Positions 11,571-24,206 are shown, numbered from the whole stretch's first letter. The stretch is 63,421 bases of DNA, filler included, from Octopus bimaculoides (GCF_001194135.2; 6 parts of 6 records of this genome joined end to end with filler, not necessarily neighbours in it); one strand, 5' to 3'. Notes: a model not told the origin generated them from the letters alone. Numbers and translations are program-made.

Positions 11571-12277
11571 TATTAATTACATATGAACCAGCTTGATTTA
11601 TTTCATAAATAATGTCTTCAATGTCTTCAGACCATTTGTGGATACAGCCTGAATGACACAGTTATGAATAGTGACCTATTCTCTAAATGAGAAATTGATG
11701 GTATTGAACCTTTCTTTTGCAATCCATATTAAGATGGATTAGTCATGTCATGAATATGAGTGAAAACAGAATTCCAAAAGTTCTTATGCACAGTCATTTC
11801 CATCATGGAAGAGAAGCATAGGAAGCCCATGGCTGAAGTACAAGATAAGCTTTAGGCTAAACTGTAAGCAACAAAGATTTCAAATAGAAACATTTGAAAA
11901 ACTGCATTGAATCATAATCAATGAAGATTAATTTACTATAAATCCATAAGAAAAACTGTGGATTAAGCTGCATGGATTAGTTTCAAAGATTGAGAGCAAA
12001 GAGGAAGTTGCATTCCAACATGCCCGCCACTTTGTATAAAAATTCTCTTTTATGTCCATTCTGTGGATTTGTCTCTAAAAAGACATAGGCATTAGATCTA
12101 AAACATAAAAGACTGTTGGACACTCATATGGTAAATTTGAGAGGATATATATATATATATATATAGAAGGTTTAGATTTAGATTCAAGATTGAATATGGT
12201 ACTTATGCGTAGGCACCAGAATATCGTATGGTATGGTATTATACAAAAACCATTCCAAAAGGATAGGTGATCAAAAA

Positions 12278-12747
12278 TTCAAAATAAGCAACACGGATTT
12301 CAAAGATGANNNNNNNNNNNNNNNNNNNNNNNNNNNNNNNNNNNNNNNNNNNNNNNNNNNNNNNNNNNNNNNNNNNNNNNNNNNNNNNNNNNNNNNNNNN
12401 NNNNNNNNNNNNNNNNNNNNNNNNNNNNNNNNNNNNNNNNNNNNNNNNNNNNNNNNNNNNNNNNNNNNNNNNNNNNNNNNNNNNNNNNNNNNNNNNNNNN
12501 NNNNNNNNNNNNNNNNNNNNNNNNNNNNNNNNNNNNNNNNNNNNNNNNNNNNNNNNNNNNNNNNNNNCTTGGATTTGAAATGTTGCCACAATTATAATAT
12601 GTCTACTCTACTGTTATTTTCTGCATTTTCGTGCAGCTGAAGATTGCTCTTCATATTGCATTTAATGTAATGCTCGCATTACTTAAATAAATGGGGTAGC
12701 ATGAAACGTGTGTACTGCAATCATCTTTGAAATCCGTGTTGCTTATT

Positions 12748-12752
<5 letters not shown>
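12278..12752. mobile_element. Probable MITE with TIRs of at least 32 bp spanning a gap
   Basis: TTCAAAATAAGCAACACGGATTTCAAAGATGA (12278-12309) is the exact reverse complement of 12721-12752; the right end runs into (TA)n. Confidence 0.55.
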
Positions 12753-12782
<30 letters not shown>

Positions 12783-12783
<1 letters not shown>

Positions 12784-13190
12784 TGTCATCATCATCATTG
12801 GTTTGATACGGAGCTGGCTAGTAGCGAGTTGTCCAGTTTCTAATTGTCTGTTGTAACTTGGTTTCTATGGCTGGATGCCCTTCCTAACACCAACCACTCT
12901 ATAGAGTGTCCTGGGTGTTTTTCATGTACCACCAGCATGGGTGTGTTTATGCAGCACTGGCACGGGTGCATTTACACAGCACCTGCATAGATGTGTTAAA
13001 ATGCAGCACCGACACAGGTGCTTTTTAAGTGGCACCAGCACCTGAAAAAACAAGCCTATATGTGTGAAAGACTGATTTTACTTGGTTTGATGTGCCTTAT
13101 CAAGTACAGCAAATTGCCACATCTGGTCCCTTGTTGTTTCCTCAGTGAGGCTCAGCATCTGAAGATCCTTTCTTACCACTTCATCTCACA
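12783..13190 (-). mobile_element. SINE-B variant with five about 26-bp head repeats
   Basis: (ATC)n tail, ggctggatgcccttcctaacaccaacca core, tandem units at 12913-13042. Confidence 0.7.
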
Positions 13191-13214
13191 TGCTGTAAGT
13201 TACCTTGCAACCTC

Positions 13215-13421
13215 ACTAGTGTCAGTACCATGAAAAAAGCACTCAGTCCACTCTGTAAAGTAGTTGGTGTTAAGGAGGGAATACTATCATATAAACCACA
13301 TGAAAGCAGACAACAGAGCTTGGCACAGATCTCTGGCTTGCCAGCTTTTCTCAAACCATCCAACCCATTCCAGTATGGAAAGTGGACTTTAAACAATAAG
13401 AATGATGACGATGATGATGAT
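13215..13421 (+). mobile_element. SINE-B, degraded
   Basis: aaaaagcactcagtccactctgtaaagtagttggtgttaagg...ccatccaacccattccagtatggaaagtggac, ending in (GAT)n. Confidence 0.7.
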
Positions 13422-13428
13422 ATGTATA

Positions 13429-14243
13429 TTAGGTCATCCCATAAATAATGTGGGTTTCCCAATTGCATGAACTAAAAGTTGATGGGGGACAAGATAAACT
13501 ACCTGCATCAACTTGCTATAAAAGCATGTAGTAATTTTACCTTGGACTTATTCTTAGTGCAAATTTTGAAGAGTGTAGTTCGATTTTCAATGCTATAATG
13601 AAAGTAACAAAGGAGCATATTCACCATGTTTTATGAGTTCGATAAAGGCAACGACACAATGGAAAGTGCAAGGAATATTAATGCAATATATATGGATCAG
13701 ACAATAAGCATAATCCAGTGTCAATAGTGGTTCCAGAAATTCCGAGCTGGAAACTACAGCCTACAAGATGAGCTTCATCCTGGAACATCTGTAGAGCTCG
13801 ACAAGGACGTTCTGCAAACCCTGATAGAAGGAAATCCCATTGTAACATGGATTTGGTCATTCAACCATTCATCAATAGTCAGCAAATTGGGTCAATGGGT
13901 TCCTCACAAACTTTCCGAATCTAACTGTCTGCAGCGAGTCAAACGATGCCCCATCTGCCATATTTGCCGGACATTGCCCCATCTGATTATCATTCATTCT
14001 GCAGTCTTCAAAATCATTTATATAGAAAAAATATGAATTCTGTAGATAAGGTTAGAACAGTAGTGGAGGAGTATTTTTCATCATGGGTAAGTGAATTTTG
14101 GAAGAGAGGCCTTGCAAGTCTACCAGATGGATGGAAGAGCACTGTAGAAAATGAAGGGAAGTATATTTTAGATTTAAAAAGAACTTTGTTTATCTTAATT
14201 TTGAAAAATAAAAGTATAAAAAAATGCATTATTTATGGATGAC
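13429..14243 (+). mobile_element. Internally deleted mariner, mellifera-like
   Basis: Left TIR TTAGGTCATCCCATAAATAATG after TA; partial right TIR CATTATTTATGGATGAC 14227-14243. Remnant from ATG 13598: MKVTKEHI...KLGQWVPHKL, deletion near 13945, then PHLPYLPDIAPSDYHSFCSLQNHL. Confidence 0.88.
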
Positions 14244-15511
14244 AGGGTGTTCAAAAGGTCTCTCTGCAGTAAATTTTTTTCATCCTGCATATGCAAAACT
14301 TGACTATCACTGCATGAGCGGCCAGGTGTCAGCCATTGTCCTTCAGTCATTGTGTACCCTTCAGTGTGTTGGCATGTTAACCATTGAAGAACGTACGTTT
14401 TTAGTTGAATGGGTGTTTCAAGCTGGAAACAAATGCTCAGATACTGCGAAACAGAAGTTCAGTGAAACTTTTCAAAATACTGTTGTTTCACATCATGACA
14501 CTGTGTGGCATTTGATAAGAAAATTTAGGAACACAGGCTCGGTGGAAGATGCAGCAAGAAGCAGCAGGCCTACTGTTCTTTCAGACGAAACACTCTCCAA
14601 TATTTCTGATAAACTGTTGGCAAGCCCGTCAAAGTCCTTACGCAAATTGTTACAGGAAATGGAAATCAGCTTAGGAAGTGCTCAGATGGCTGTAAAAAAG
14701 AAATTAAATTTCTTTCCATACAAAGTGCTGGCCATTCAAGAATTGAAGGCTACTGATCATGCTGAAAGGCTTCATTATTGCCATTGGTTCCAAAACTTTG
14801 TTGCCAAAAGAAGCATAAAAGTGCTGGATGGGTGTTTTTACACCGATGAGGCTTAGTTTCTTCTGTCAGGACACATAAATTCACAAAACACAAGGTTATG
14901 GAGGACTGAGAATCCACACGTGACCCATAACCAACCTCTGCATCCCGAAAAAGTTGGAGTATGGAAAGCAATTTTGAGAAAATGTATTGTGGGACTGATA
15001 TTTTTTGAAGACACCATCAACCCCGAGAGATATTGCTCAAATGTTGTCTATCCATTTGTAGGCCACCTCACTGAAAGTGAAATTAATAATGCATACTTTT
15101 CAGCATGATGGAGTTACAGCACATATTTCGTGCATCACCATAGCGCTACTTCAAGAGTTTTTTGGTGAACGGATTATTTCGAAGGGACTTTGACCACCAA
15201 GATCACCTGATTCAACACTGCCTGGCTTTTTTTCTGGGGAGCAAATAAAGGATCATTGTACAAGAGTTGCTCGAAAACCATTAATGACCCTCATACGGTC
15301 CATATCACGTCAGAATCTCCCAAGATGTATTTCAAAACATGTGTACAAGAGTCAACTTATGTATTGAAAATGAATGACGACACTTTCAACACTTATAAAG
15401 TTTTTTGAAGTCTTGTAAAGTCTAATATATTCTTTTGTAGTCTTATACCATCTTATAGATATTTATTTTGCAATAAAATACTTACGGCGGAGAGACGTTT
15501 TGAACATCCTG
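14243..15511 (+). mobile_element. Full-length Tc1/mariner element of the rosa/DD41D-like group
   Basis: TIRs CAGGGTGTTCAAAAGGTCTCTC and GAGAGACGTTTTGAACATCCTG; TA on the right only; 1269 bp. Confidence 0.9.
14374..15398 (+). pseudogene. DDD transposase, disrupted
   Basis: MLTIEERTFLVE...KFRNTGSV...FPYKV...YTDEA*FLLSGHINSQN...PLHPEKVGVW...QHDGVTAH...L*PPRSPD...HFQHL*. Confidence 0.9.
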
Positions 15512-15700
15512 TACACTTCAATACATGTATTTATCAATACATGTAACTATTACATAATAATATTAATGGAATTTCATAATGGTATTCTATAATGGTATTA
15601 ACGGTTCCTAATCTATATAAATCTCCAATTCTGCTATGTGTGTGTGTGTATACGCATACATATATATGTAAGTATATATATATATATATATATATGTAAG

Positions 15701-15734
<34 letters not shown>

Positions 15735-15778
15735 NNNNNNNNNNNNNNNNNNNNNNNNNNNNNNNNNNNNNNNNNNNN

Positions 15779-15790
15779 TTAATTAATTAA
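15779..15790. other. Artificial gap linker TTAATTAATTAA
   Basis: 44 N + 12-mer + 44 N = 100 bp; the palindrome has TAA in all six frames. Confidence 0.95.
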
Positions 15791-17199
15791 NNNNNNNNNN
15801 NNNNNNNNNNNNNNNNNNNNNNNNNNNNNNNNNNATATATATATATATACACATACATATACACACACACAAATCTTTTTTTCTGTTCTTAATCACTGGA
15901 TTTGGTAAAGGTGTTTGTTTTGCCTGAAATACCTGTTAATGACTCTATTTGGTACATCTTACTTCAAATACCTGTTAACAACACTATTTCGCCATCTGTC
16001 AAGATGAAGCAATCATCATATGTGTATATATATAACGGTTACAAAAGAACTGATAAACAAGTTGCTACCAGTTGTAACGGCTGGTTCATCGTTGCAGTCG
16101 AGGGTTACCAATTTTAATGATTGCTGTTAAGATGTTGGTTGCCAGTATGCAAGATAGAAGAAAAACAGTGATTGAAGTTGTAAAAAGATTTTTATTTACC
16201 GTTACTTTGTATATCTCCAAAACCACAACGGGTTGGTATGTATGATTAATAAATGGAAAAGCATGCGGGGTAAAAAGAGTCAATTTCGCCCGGTATGTGT
16301 GTACGCGATCTCATGGTAGCATATATAGAGAGATATAGTAATGTTACAGAGAAAAGAAAGCGAGTTAGTGAAAGTGAGAGAGTCAAGGGAAGTTGTCTTG
16401 CATAGTCGCTGATTGTAACTTTCTTTTTCCCTCTGGCCATTTGGTCTCTAGTGGCTACTTGCTTGTGGCCATGACTAGTTGTCATTTCACTAACTGATGG
16501 TCACTCTCACTAACTGCCTTTAGCTTACGGAGTTCTTGTTTTTATAACTATTCAAAACTAGCCAGAAAAATAGACATATTGTTGAGAACAATAGATTTCG
16601 TTGGTGGTCTGTTGTCTCTATTCTAGCTTTTGGTGATCTATAAGAGGTTAGAAGGGTCAAGTGGTAAAGACATTATTCTGCTTGGCGAAGGCATCTGGCA
16701 AATGTAACTGTTGTCACTCACAGAAAAACTATTGTTTTACCGCGAGAAAAATGCTGTTGGGCTGTTAATTGAAATTTGGCGATCGAGGATCGAATCCAGG
16801 CTATGCCTGCATGATCCACAACATAACTCCCCTACCAGAGAAACTCCAAGAAAAAGGAAACAACCAATCGAGGAAGAGAAAGAAATACATTACTGAGGAA
16901 GAATTTTGCATATCAGGAGAGAGGATCATTGAAGTGTATATGGGACAGTTTTCTATTCATGTGAGCCCTTTTGGGCACTCTATTTTCCTTGCCAGAAGGG
17001 CTCGCAACCCATGGGCCAAGGGAGGTTAGATGATGGGGGGGGNNNNNNNNNNGTATGTATGTATGGCTAGTGACACACACACACACGCACGCAGGTTATG
17101 TGTGTGTGTGTGTCACTGAATCCATTCACACACACATACATAACCTGCGTGTGTGTGTGTGTGTGTGTCACTGTAGCCATACATACATAACCTCTCTCT

Positions 17200-18149
17200 C
17201 TCTCACACACTAACAAAAGAACTTCACCACACTTTCTGTCTCGCATACTCACTATAAAAAGGAAATAAAAATAATTTCAGTTATCTCTTTCTTTCTTTCT
17301 TTCTTTCTTTCTCTCTCTCACATACGCACACCAGCAACATTACACACACACACACACACACACGCCAATTTCAAAAGAAATCGTGCTCTCTCTATCTCTT
17401 TCACTTTTACGACTGGCACTGGTATCGTCAGATTGCCTTTTACACATTTATATTGTGTAATTCACTGACAAATTGTTACATTCCTCTTTGTTTCATTGTT
17501 GTTAAATAAATGGATTGTCAATAAACTTTTCTCTTCAGCATGAAATATAAACAAAACTCTTTCGCTCCCAAAGTAGTATATGTGTGTGTGTGAGAGAGTG
17601 AGAAGGGGGAGAAAGATGAACGATTTAAAATAAATATATTTTAATTGTTGTGTGAGAAAGTATATATAATCTCATTATAAAATATAGTGTCTTTCAAAAA
17701 CATCCTATATTTGAAACTATATCTCATGTTTAAGAAAAAAAAAGCATTTTACGTTGACCCTCTGTCTTCCTTACTCACACCTACCTTTTCTTTTGTTAGA
17801 CGCTTTCTGTCTCCCTCTCCCACTTTTCTTTACTTTTTTTGTTAGACACTGGTAAACAATCTGTAACTCTACCTCACTCCTCCTCTCACACACACACACA
17901 CATCAACACACAATTTCTCTCCCTCACTTTGCCATGTTAGCAAACATCAACATTGGTAAGAATTATGGTTGAAAATCGATTTTTACAGCTATATGCGGGT
18001 GCCTCTGAGAGAAAAAGTTGACGAAAATGCAAATAGGGTCATGACGAATGTCCTCCTAAAATTGGAGCGACATGCGTGCTAATTTGTTGACGTGCATAAA
18101 TTACATTCACATACACACACACACACATCCTGCCTTTTATATATACAGA
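17200..18149 (-). mobile_element. Non-autonomous Helitron-like element
   Basis: The minus strand begins TCTGTATATATAAAAGGCAGGATG then (TG)n at 18149, the same 5-prime layout as the 1764 element. The distal boundary is a guess. Confidence 0.4.
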
Positions 18150-18442
18150 TGTTTACAAGTACACCAGCACGAAAAATCGCCCTTTTTTTTTAGTTTTTAA
18201 ATATTTTTAGTGGATTGCTATGTTTTCAATTATGGAGATTCTGAATATGCAAAAAACCATTTAAAAAAATTTTTTAATTCTCCCACCTCACCTCCAAATT
18301 TTTTAATTTTAACTTTTCTATTTTTTTTTCAATCGACGTGGAAAAATAGAGATTAAGAATATGGGGGGAAATAAATAATTAATTTCAAATTTTCTATGAG
18401 GAAACTCCAAAACTGATTCATACACCCCTTGCCACTTCATGC

Positions 18443-20710
18443 TAGGGTTGCCAACCGTCCTTTATTTCAAAGGACAGTCCTTTATTCAGCGCTATTTGTC
18501 TTTGTCCTTTATTGAGATTTGAAATGACACTATTTGTCCTTTATTTTGAAATCGTTTTGACTGGTAGTTCAATTTCCTGCTCTCAAGATGTGACTGCAAA
18601 AGCGTTTACTTCTTGTGAGAGTGCAAAATGTCAACTCTGCAGTCTGCACAATACCAGAAATACAGAGCGGCAGACCGCAGACCAGGGTGTAAAATTAGCC
18701 TCATTTTATGTATAACTCAATTCTCCATTTCAAAACCGAAGGCAGACGAGAAAACGAGAAAATCGTAAACTATCTTACTAAATATGAGAATCATCACCAA
18801 GAAAAAAGAAAAGAAAAAAAGGAGGTGCCGTTGGACATTTGGAAAGGCAATACCTCCGCCTGAACTGAACTGGGACTCACGAAGAAGAAGAACCAAAACA
18901 AATATGGCGTATTATACAAGGTAGTGATGAAGCCCTTTACAAAATCAAGCCATAATTTGTTGTAAATACCAGAACAGTGAAATCTATGTGAGAAAACTTG
19001 TAATAGTAGTGCCAATATTTTATGTTAATATCAGATAACAATATTAATTGAAAGTGTGTTTTTGAGACATGATAATTTTTATATTGTTACAAGAATGTAC
19101 TGATTAGGCCCAACTTTTCAAGTGCTAGCATTTCAGTTTCAGTTCACATTCAAGTTATGCACCTTTCAGATACATGTTTCTCGGGCCATATCTTTTTGTT
19201 TAATATCGTCATGGTTTGGTGAAAAATTATAATTAGTAATTATTATTTTCAAATTCAATACAGCTAGTGAAATCATCGTGAGCCTGTGAGGCCCAGAGCT
19301 TGTTGCTCGTTCAGTTGGATGCTAGTTCTCTTGCACCCTACTCCCATTAAATGGCCAAGAACTAGGCTAGAGAATATTTCTTTAAGTAAGTTAATTTCAG
19401 GAGTTTGAAGTTATAAGAAATTCTGGGCTTTCTGCACTAGCATAATTTGCTTTTTCAGAAGCTAAATAGACCTACCATAGCCTAATCTATATTCACATAT
19501 TATTTGAAATATCTTCTAATGGTGTCTGTGTGAGTGTGCGGATATGATTGATTATTGACCTGCTTGAAGTGCATGCCTCGATTCTAGACCTTGCTTCGCA
19601 ACATATATTTTATTTCAATGCTAAATCAATTATTTTCTTTCCCAGGGTTTTAATATATTAGTAAGGCGGGACTGCAGCGACTGCTTAATATTTTGTAGTG
19701 ATGGAACCCTCAGTGAAAAAGAAGAGATTGTGCTCATATAACAAAGACTGGGAAAAGGAGTACGAATGGTTGGCAGCAACTAATAATCCACAAGAGGCAA
19801 AGTGCATTATTTGTAATAGTACCATTAAGATTGGCCACATATGGCTGTCGTAGCTGTCAAACAACGTAACACTTCTGATAACCATAAGAGTAACCGCAAT
19901 GCTTCAGTTTCCAAATCTTTGATTGATAAATTTTTCATAAAAGCCAATACAAAAGAAGAAGATAATGTAATTACTTTAGAAGAAGCTCAAATATATCATG
20001 CAGTTAAACACAATCGTTCCTACAACTCCCTTGATTGTAGCTTGAAATTGAATTCAAGCTAGGATTCCAAAGTAGTTGGAAAGATATGTTGTGATCGGAC
20101 CAAATGGGAGGCCATATAGTTACGAATGTGTTAGGTAAAAAAGCATTAGAGGTAGTATTGAAAGATTTGAAACAACATGATCCCCCTCTATACTTTTGCC
20201 TTCAAAATGAAGTTTGGTCATCCTTCGATACAAGTACTGAAAACGTCAAGCAACCTCGTGCCTTTATTTACATCAATTCGGCAGTCTCCGTAAAAAATGT
20301 TGTGTTAGGGAAGTGGGAAAGAACACGAAAGAGATAGAGAGAGCGCACGCGAGTTGGCATGCTAACAGTAGCTCTGGTAAGCAGCAAACAACAAGGAAAA
20401 AGAAAAAAAGTAAACAACAAGCAAAAAGAAAAAAAACATACCGCCTTGACTTTTTTTGAGAATGCTGATGAATGTGCCGATGGAATGTTTAAGATGTTTG
20501 AGAAAGACTATGGAGAATTTGCAACCAGACTGAGAAAGAGTTTCATGTTTTAGTGCAGATAATGCAAATTGCAATTTTGGAATAAAGCATTCTTTATATA
20601 CTAACATTCTCATACTAAATGACAGTGTTATTAAAGCTAATTGCAATGCACACATTTTACATAATTCAGTAAAAAGTTCTTTGGAAAACTTGAATGTAGA
20701 TGTAGAAAAT
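18443..20710 (+). mobile_element. hAT-like transposon, left end and truncated transposase
   Basis: Starts TAGGGTTGCCAACCGTCC with subterminal GTCCTTTATT repeats; no right TIR found. Confidence 0.75.
19701..20710 (+). pseudogene. hAT-type transposase with N-terminal zinc finger, disrupted
   Basis: MEPSVKKKRLCSYNKDWEKEYEWL...AKCIICNSTIKIGH, HAVKHNRSYNSLDCS, CDRTKWEA/VTNVL, FSADNANCNFG, KANCNAHILHN (CxxH). Frameshifts; the first-catalytic-Asp region is replaced by unrelated sequence at about 20200-20440. Confidence 0.85.
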
Positions 20711-20900
20711 TCCTCCTAGGCCCACCAATTTCCTAATCTCACTCACGTAATTATCTATCTGCTCGCCAGACCATCCCATCCTCCCGAGCTTGCTGTAGGC
20801 GTTAAAAGCCACCCCACCCCCTCTCAGTGTATGCGTCCTTCAGCCGCTCTTCAATTTTCTTCGCTTTCTCATGGTCCGCCTCATCCATCTCCAGGTAGAG
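20711..20900 (-). pseudogene. Gypsy-type gag fragment
   Basis: LYLEMDEADHEKAKKIEERLKDAYTE, frameshift, GVAFNAYSKLGRMGWSGEQIDNYVSEIRKLVGLG. Resembles invertebrate Gypsy gag-like proteins, from memory. Confidence 0.6.
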
Positions 20901-21579
20901 ATTCAGGTGGAGATAAAGGACATGGATCGCACCCCCTTTCGGTTATTTTCGACATGCTAGAAACAGCAGCTAAATGACGAATCACGTTTTCAAAATTTTA
21001 ATTTCCTCCATCCCCTTTTTTTCTTTGCCAGAGGGGTGGAGAGGGGGAAATTAAAATTTTGGAAAGGCGTTTTTGGAGTTTTCAAAATCTTCAATTTTTA
21101 AGTACGCTTCAACCGGAAAGTCCAACAAGCTAGAAACAACAGCCAAACCGAAGATCCACTTTCTAAATACGAATTACCAAAACAAAAAAAAAATTTTTTT
21201 TTTAAATGTCATTTTGTTGTCGTGTTTGTGCAAAAAAATCTAATTTTCACAAACCTCTCTCAATTCCAAAAGATCTTTGAGTGCAACATGTTCACTTTCT
21301 GTCACAGATGCGCTGGCGGAGTGCAGGGGTGTTTATTTAGTTTTGAAAAATTGAAATTTTNNNNNNNNNNGTAATGTATGTCGTTTGAAAGGTATTTATA
21401 TACAATTTCATTAAAAGATATTTATTTTCCTCAAAGTTATGGGTGAAAAACTCCGATCTTGTGAATTTTTCGAAGTTCTCTCCCCACAAATTTTTTTATA
21501 ACTGTAATGTATGCCGTTTGAAATGTATTTATATAAAATTTCATGAAAAAAAAAACAAAACATTTTTCTTGAAAAGAAT

Positions 21580-21750
21580 CCACTACACTCTCGGAGTGGT
21601 TGACGTTAGGAAGGGCATCCAACTGTAGAAACCTTGCCAAATCAGACTGGAGCCTGATTGCAGCCTCTTGGTTTTCCAGTCCTCAATCAAATCGTCCAAC
21701 CCATGCCAGCACGGAAAGCAGACATTAAACGATGCTGATGATGATGATAT
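21580..21750 (+). mobile_element. SINE-B 3-prime part
   Basis: ccactacactctcggagtggttgacgttaggaagggcatcc...cccatgccagcacggaaagcagacattaaacga followed by (TGA)n. Confidence 0.85.
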
Positions 21751-24206
21751 ATAAAGATGTATATAATTATGATATATACACCATCCAAAGTTTAGGTAAA
21801 CTTCGTCACCCACTCACTCACCCTCTTACTCTTTCTTTCTCTCACTCTTTCTTGGTGAAAATCGTGCGGGTGAAATTTCCGAGGCTTCCACCTCACCCCA
21901 CCCCGTTTTCCGGACCCCAAAAAGAGTTTTGTTGCATATTAGGAGATCACCGGAATTCATTCAACAATAAAAATAAAAATAAGATTTCCAATGATTCCTG
22001 GATATGGGGGTGTCCGGTTTCCCACCCTCCCTTTTCTCTGACCAAAATAAGGGATTNNNNNNNNNNNNNNNNNNNNNNNNNNNNNNNNNNNNNNNNNNNN
22101 NNNNNNNNNNNNNNNNNNNNNNNNNNNNNNNNNNNNNNNNNNNNNNNNNNNNNNNNNNNNNNNNNNNNNNNNNNNNNNNNNNNNNNNNNNNNNNNNNNNN
22201 NNNNNNNNNNNNNNNNNNNNNNNNNNNNNNNNNNNNNNNNNNNNNNNNNNNNNNNNNNNNNNNNNNNNNNNNNNNNNNNNNNNNNNNNNNNNNNNNNNNN
22301 NNNNNNNNNNNNNNNNNNNNNNNNNNNNNNNNNNNNNNNNNNNNNNNNNNNNNNNNNNNNNNNNNNNNNNNNNNNNNNNNNNNNNNNNNNNNNNNNNNNN
22401 NNNNNNNNNNNNNNNNNNNNNNNNNNNNNNNNNNNNNNNNNNNNNNNNNNNNNNNNNNNNNNNNNNNNNNNNNNNNNNNNNNNNNNNNNNNNNNNNNNNN
22501 NNNNNNNNNNNNNNNNNNNNNNNNNNNNNNNNNNNNNNNNNNNNNNNNNNNNNNNNNNNNNNNNNNNNNNNNNNNNNNNNNNNNNNNNNNNNNNNNNNNN
22601 NNNNNNNNNNNNNNNNNNNNNNNNNNNNNNNNNNNNNNNNNNNNNNNNNNNNNNNNNNNNNNNNNNNNNNNNNNNNNNNNNNNNNNNNNNNNNNNNNNNN
22701 NNNNNNNNNNNNNNNNNNNNNNNNNNNNNNNNNNNNNNNNNNNNNNNNNNNNNNNNNNNNNNNNNNNNNNNNNNNNNNNNNNNNNNNNNNNNNNNNNNNN
22801 NNNNNNNNNNNNNNNNNNNNNNNNNNNNNNNNNNNNNNNNNNNNNNNNNNNNNNNNNNNNNNNNNNNNNNNNNNNNNNNNNNNNNNNNNNNNNNNNNNNN
22901 NNNNNNNNNNNNNNNNNNNNNNNNNNNNNNNNNNNNNNNNNNNNNNNNNNNNNNNNNNNNNNNNNNNNNNNNNNAATAGGAATTACAACATTAAAAAAAT
23001 GGTAATTTCATTTGAAGCTGAGGTGTAATTCTATAATTCATACTGAAGTTTTACGTTGAGTGTATGTGCGCGTGCGCAAAAGAAGTTATTTTTACATACT
23101 TTCCTTAATTACAAAAGAAGAAAAACAAATTAAAGATTTGAAGGATTAGGGGAAATAGTCCAAACAGTCAAAGAAACAAAATAAATGAAAAACTAGCCAA
23201 AAACAGTAAAAAAAATATAGAATGATTTTGTTTAGCTGTTGTTTCTAGCATGTCGGGTTTTCTGATATTTTTGACGTCTGCTATTTTCAGTAGAATTCTA
23301 CGCATGCGCGAAACATTCTGCGTGTTGAGTTTCTTCCAACACAAATCGATTTGTTTGAAAGTTTTGAGGAAACAAATTCTTGGATGGAGGTGCACACTTG
23401 GGTAGGTAAGACTCTGTTGTGTACCCACAAACTGAAGGTTTAAAGGTGGGGGGGGGACACTCCAATTAGTGGCTACCACTGGGGAAAAAATCCGATAAAT
23501 TTCACCGATGTCATTGACCTACATTCACCGTGTGTTTCCTATTAAAGTTATTTCTTTCTCTCTCTATCACTTCTTTTGGGTGTGTTTCCATTTCGTCTGC
23601 TGTAAATAACAATTATAAACTTTTATCACAAACTTTTCGTACAAGTAAATTGTGTAAAAAAAAAAAAGGAAGTGTTAAACACTGATGTCATACGAAATTA
23701 TTGTTAAACCAATGAACAGCTTAAAAACCATCAAATAAAGATTTAAGTTTCAGTTTTGTTCAGGGTTGTTACGAGGTAAGTTTTCGTTTTACATCTTCCT
23801 AATTGAATTTCTTTAATCCTGTCTCTCCATTGCTTTACAAATACTTTACAAAATCGCTTCCGATACTTTTCATTACATCATAACCGCATGACTTTCTTTT
23901 CTTATAACTTTCGGAATAGTTGATATTTTTTCCTCTTTTTTCATGAAATGTTCTACAAACACCTTTCAGATGACGTACATTACGATTAACAATTTAACTT
24001 TTAGAAAAATAGTTATTTTGCTTTCGAAATTTGGTCCAAACACCTTTCAGAGTATGTAGATTACGAGTCCTTTGTTACTTAATGTGAAAAGCTAAATTAG
24101 TCGTCTCTTTTACACATCTGACACAGGTTGCATGTCTACAAAACGAAACTGGAAATGTCCCCACAAAAATTGTCTTGTGTCTCTGGATGTATGCGTAGAA
24201 GTTCAC

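Noticed and set aside
16780-16850. B-box-like GGATTCGATCC on the minus strand and ORFs 16711 and 16769
   Set aside because: No A box, no related copy in the window and no recognisable protein motif.
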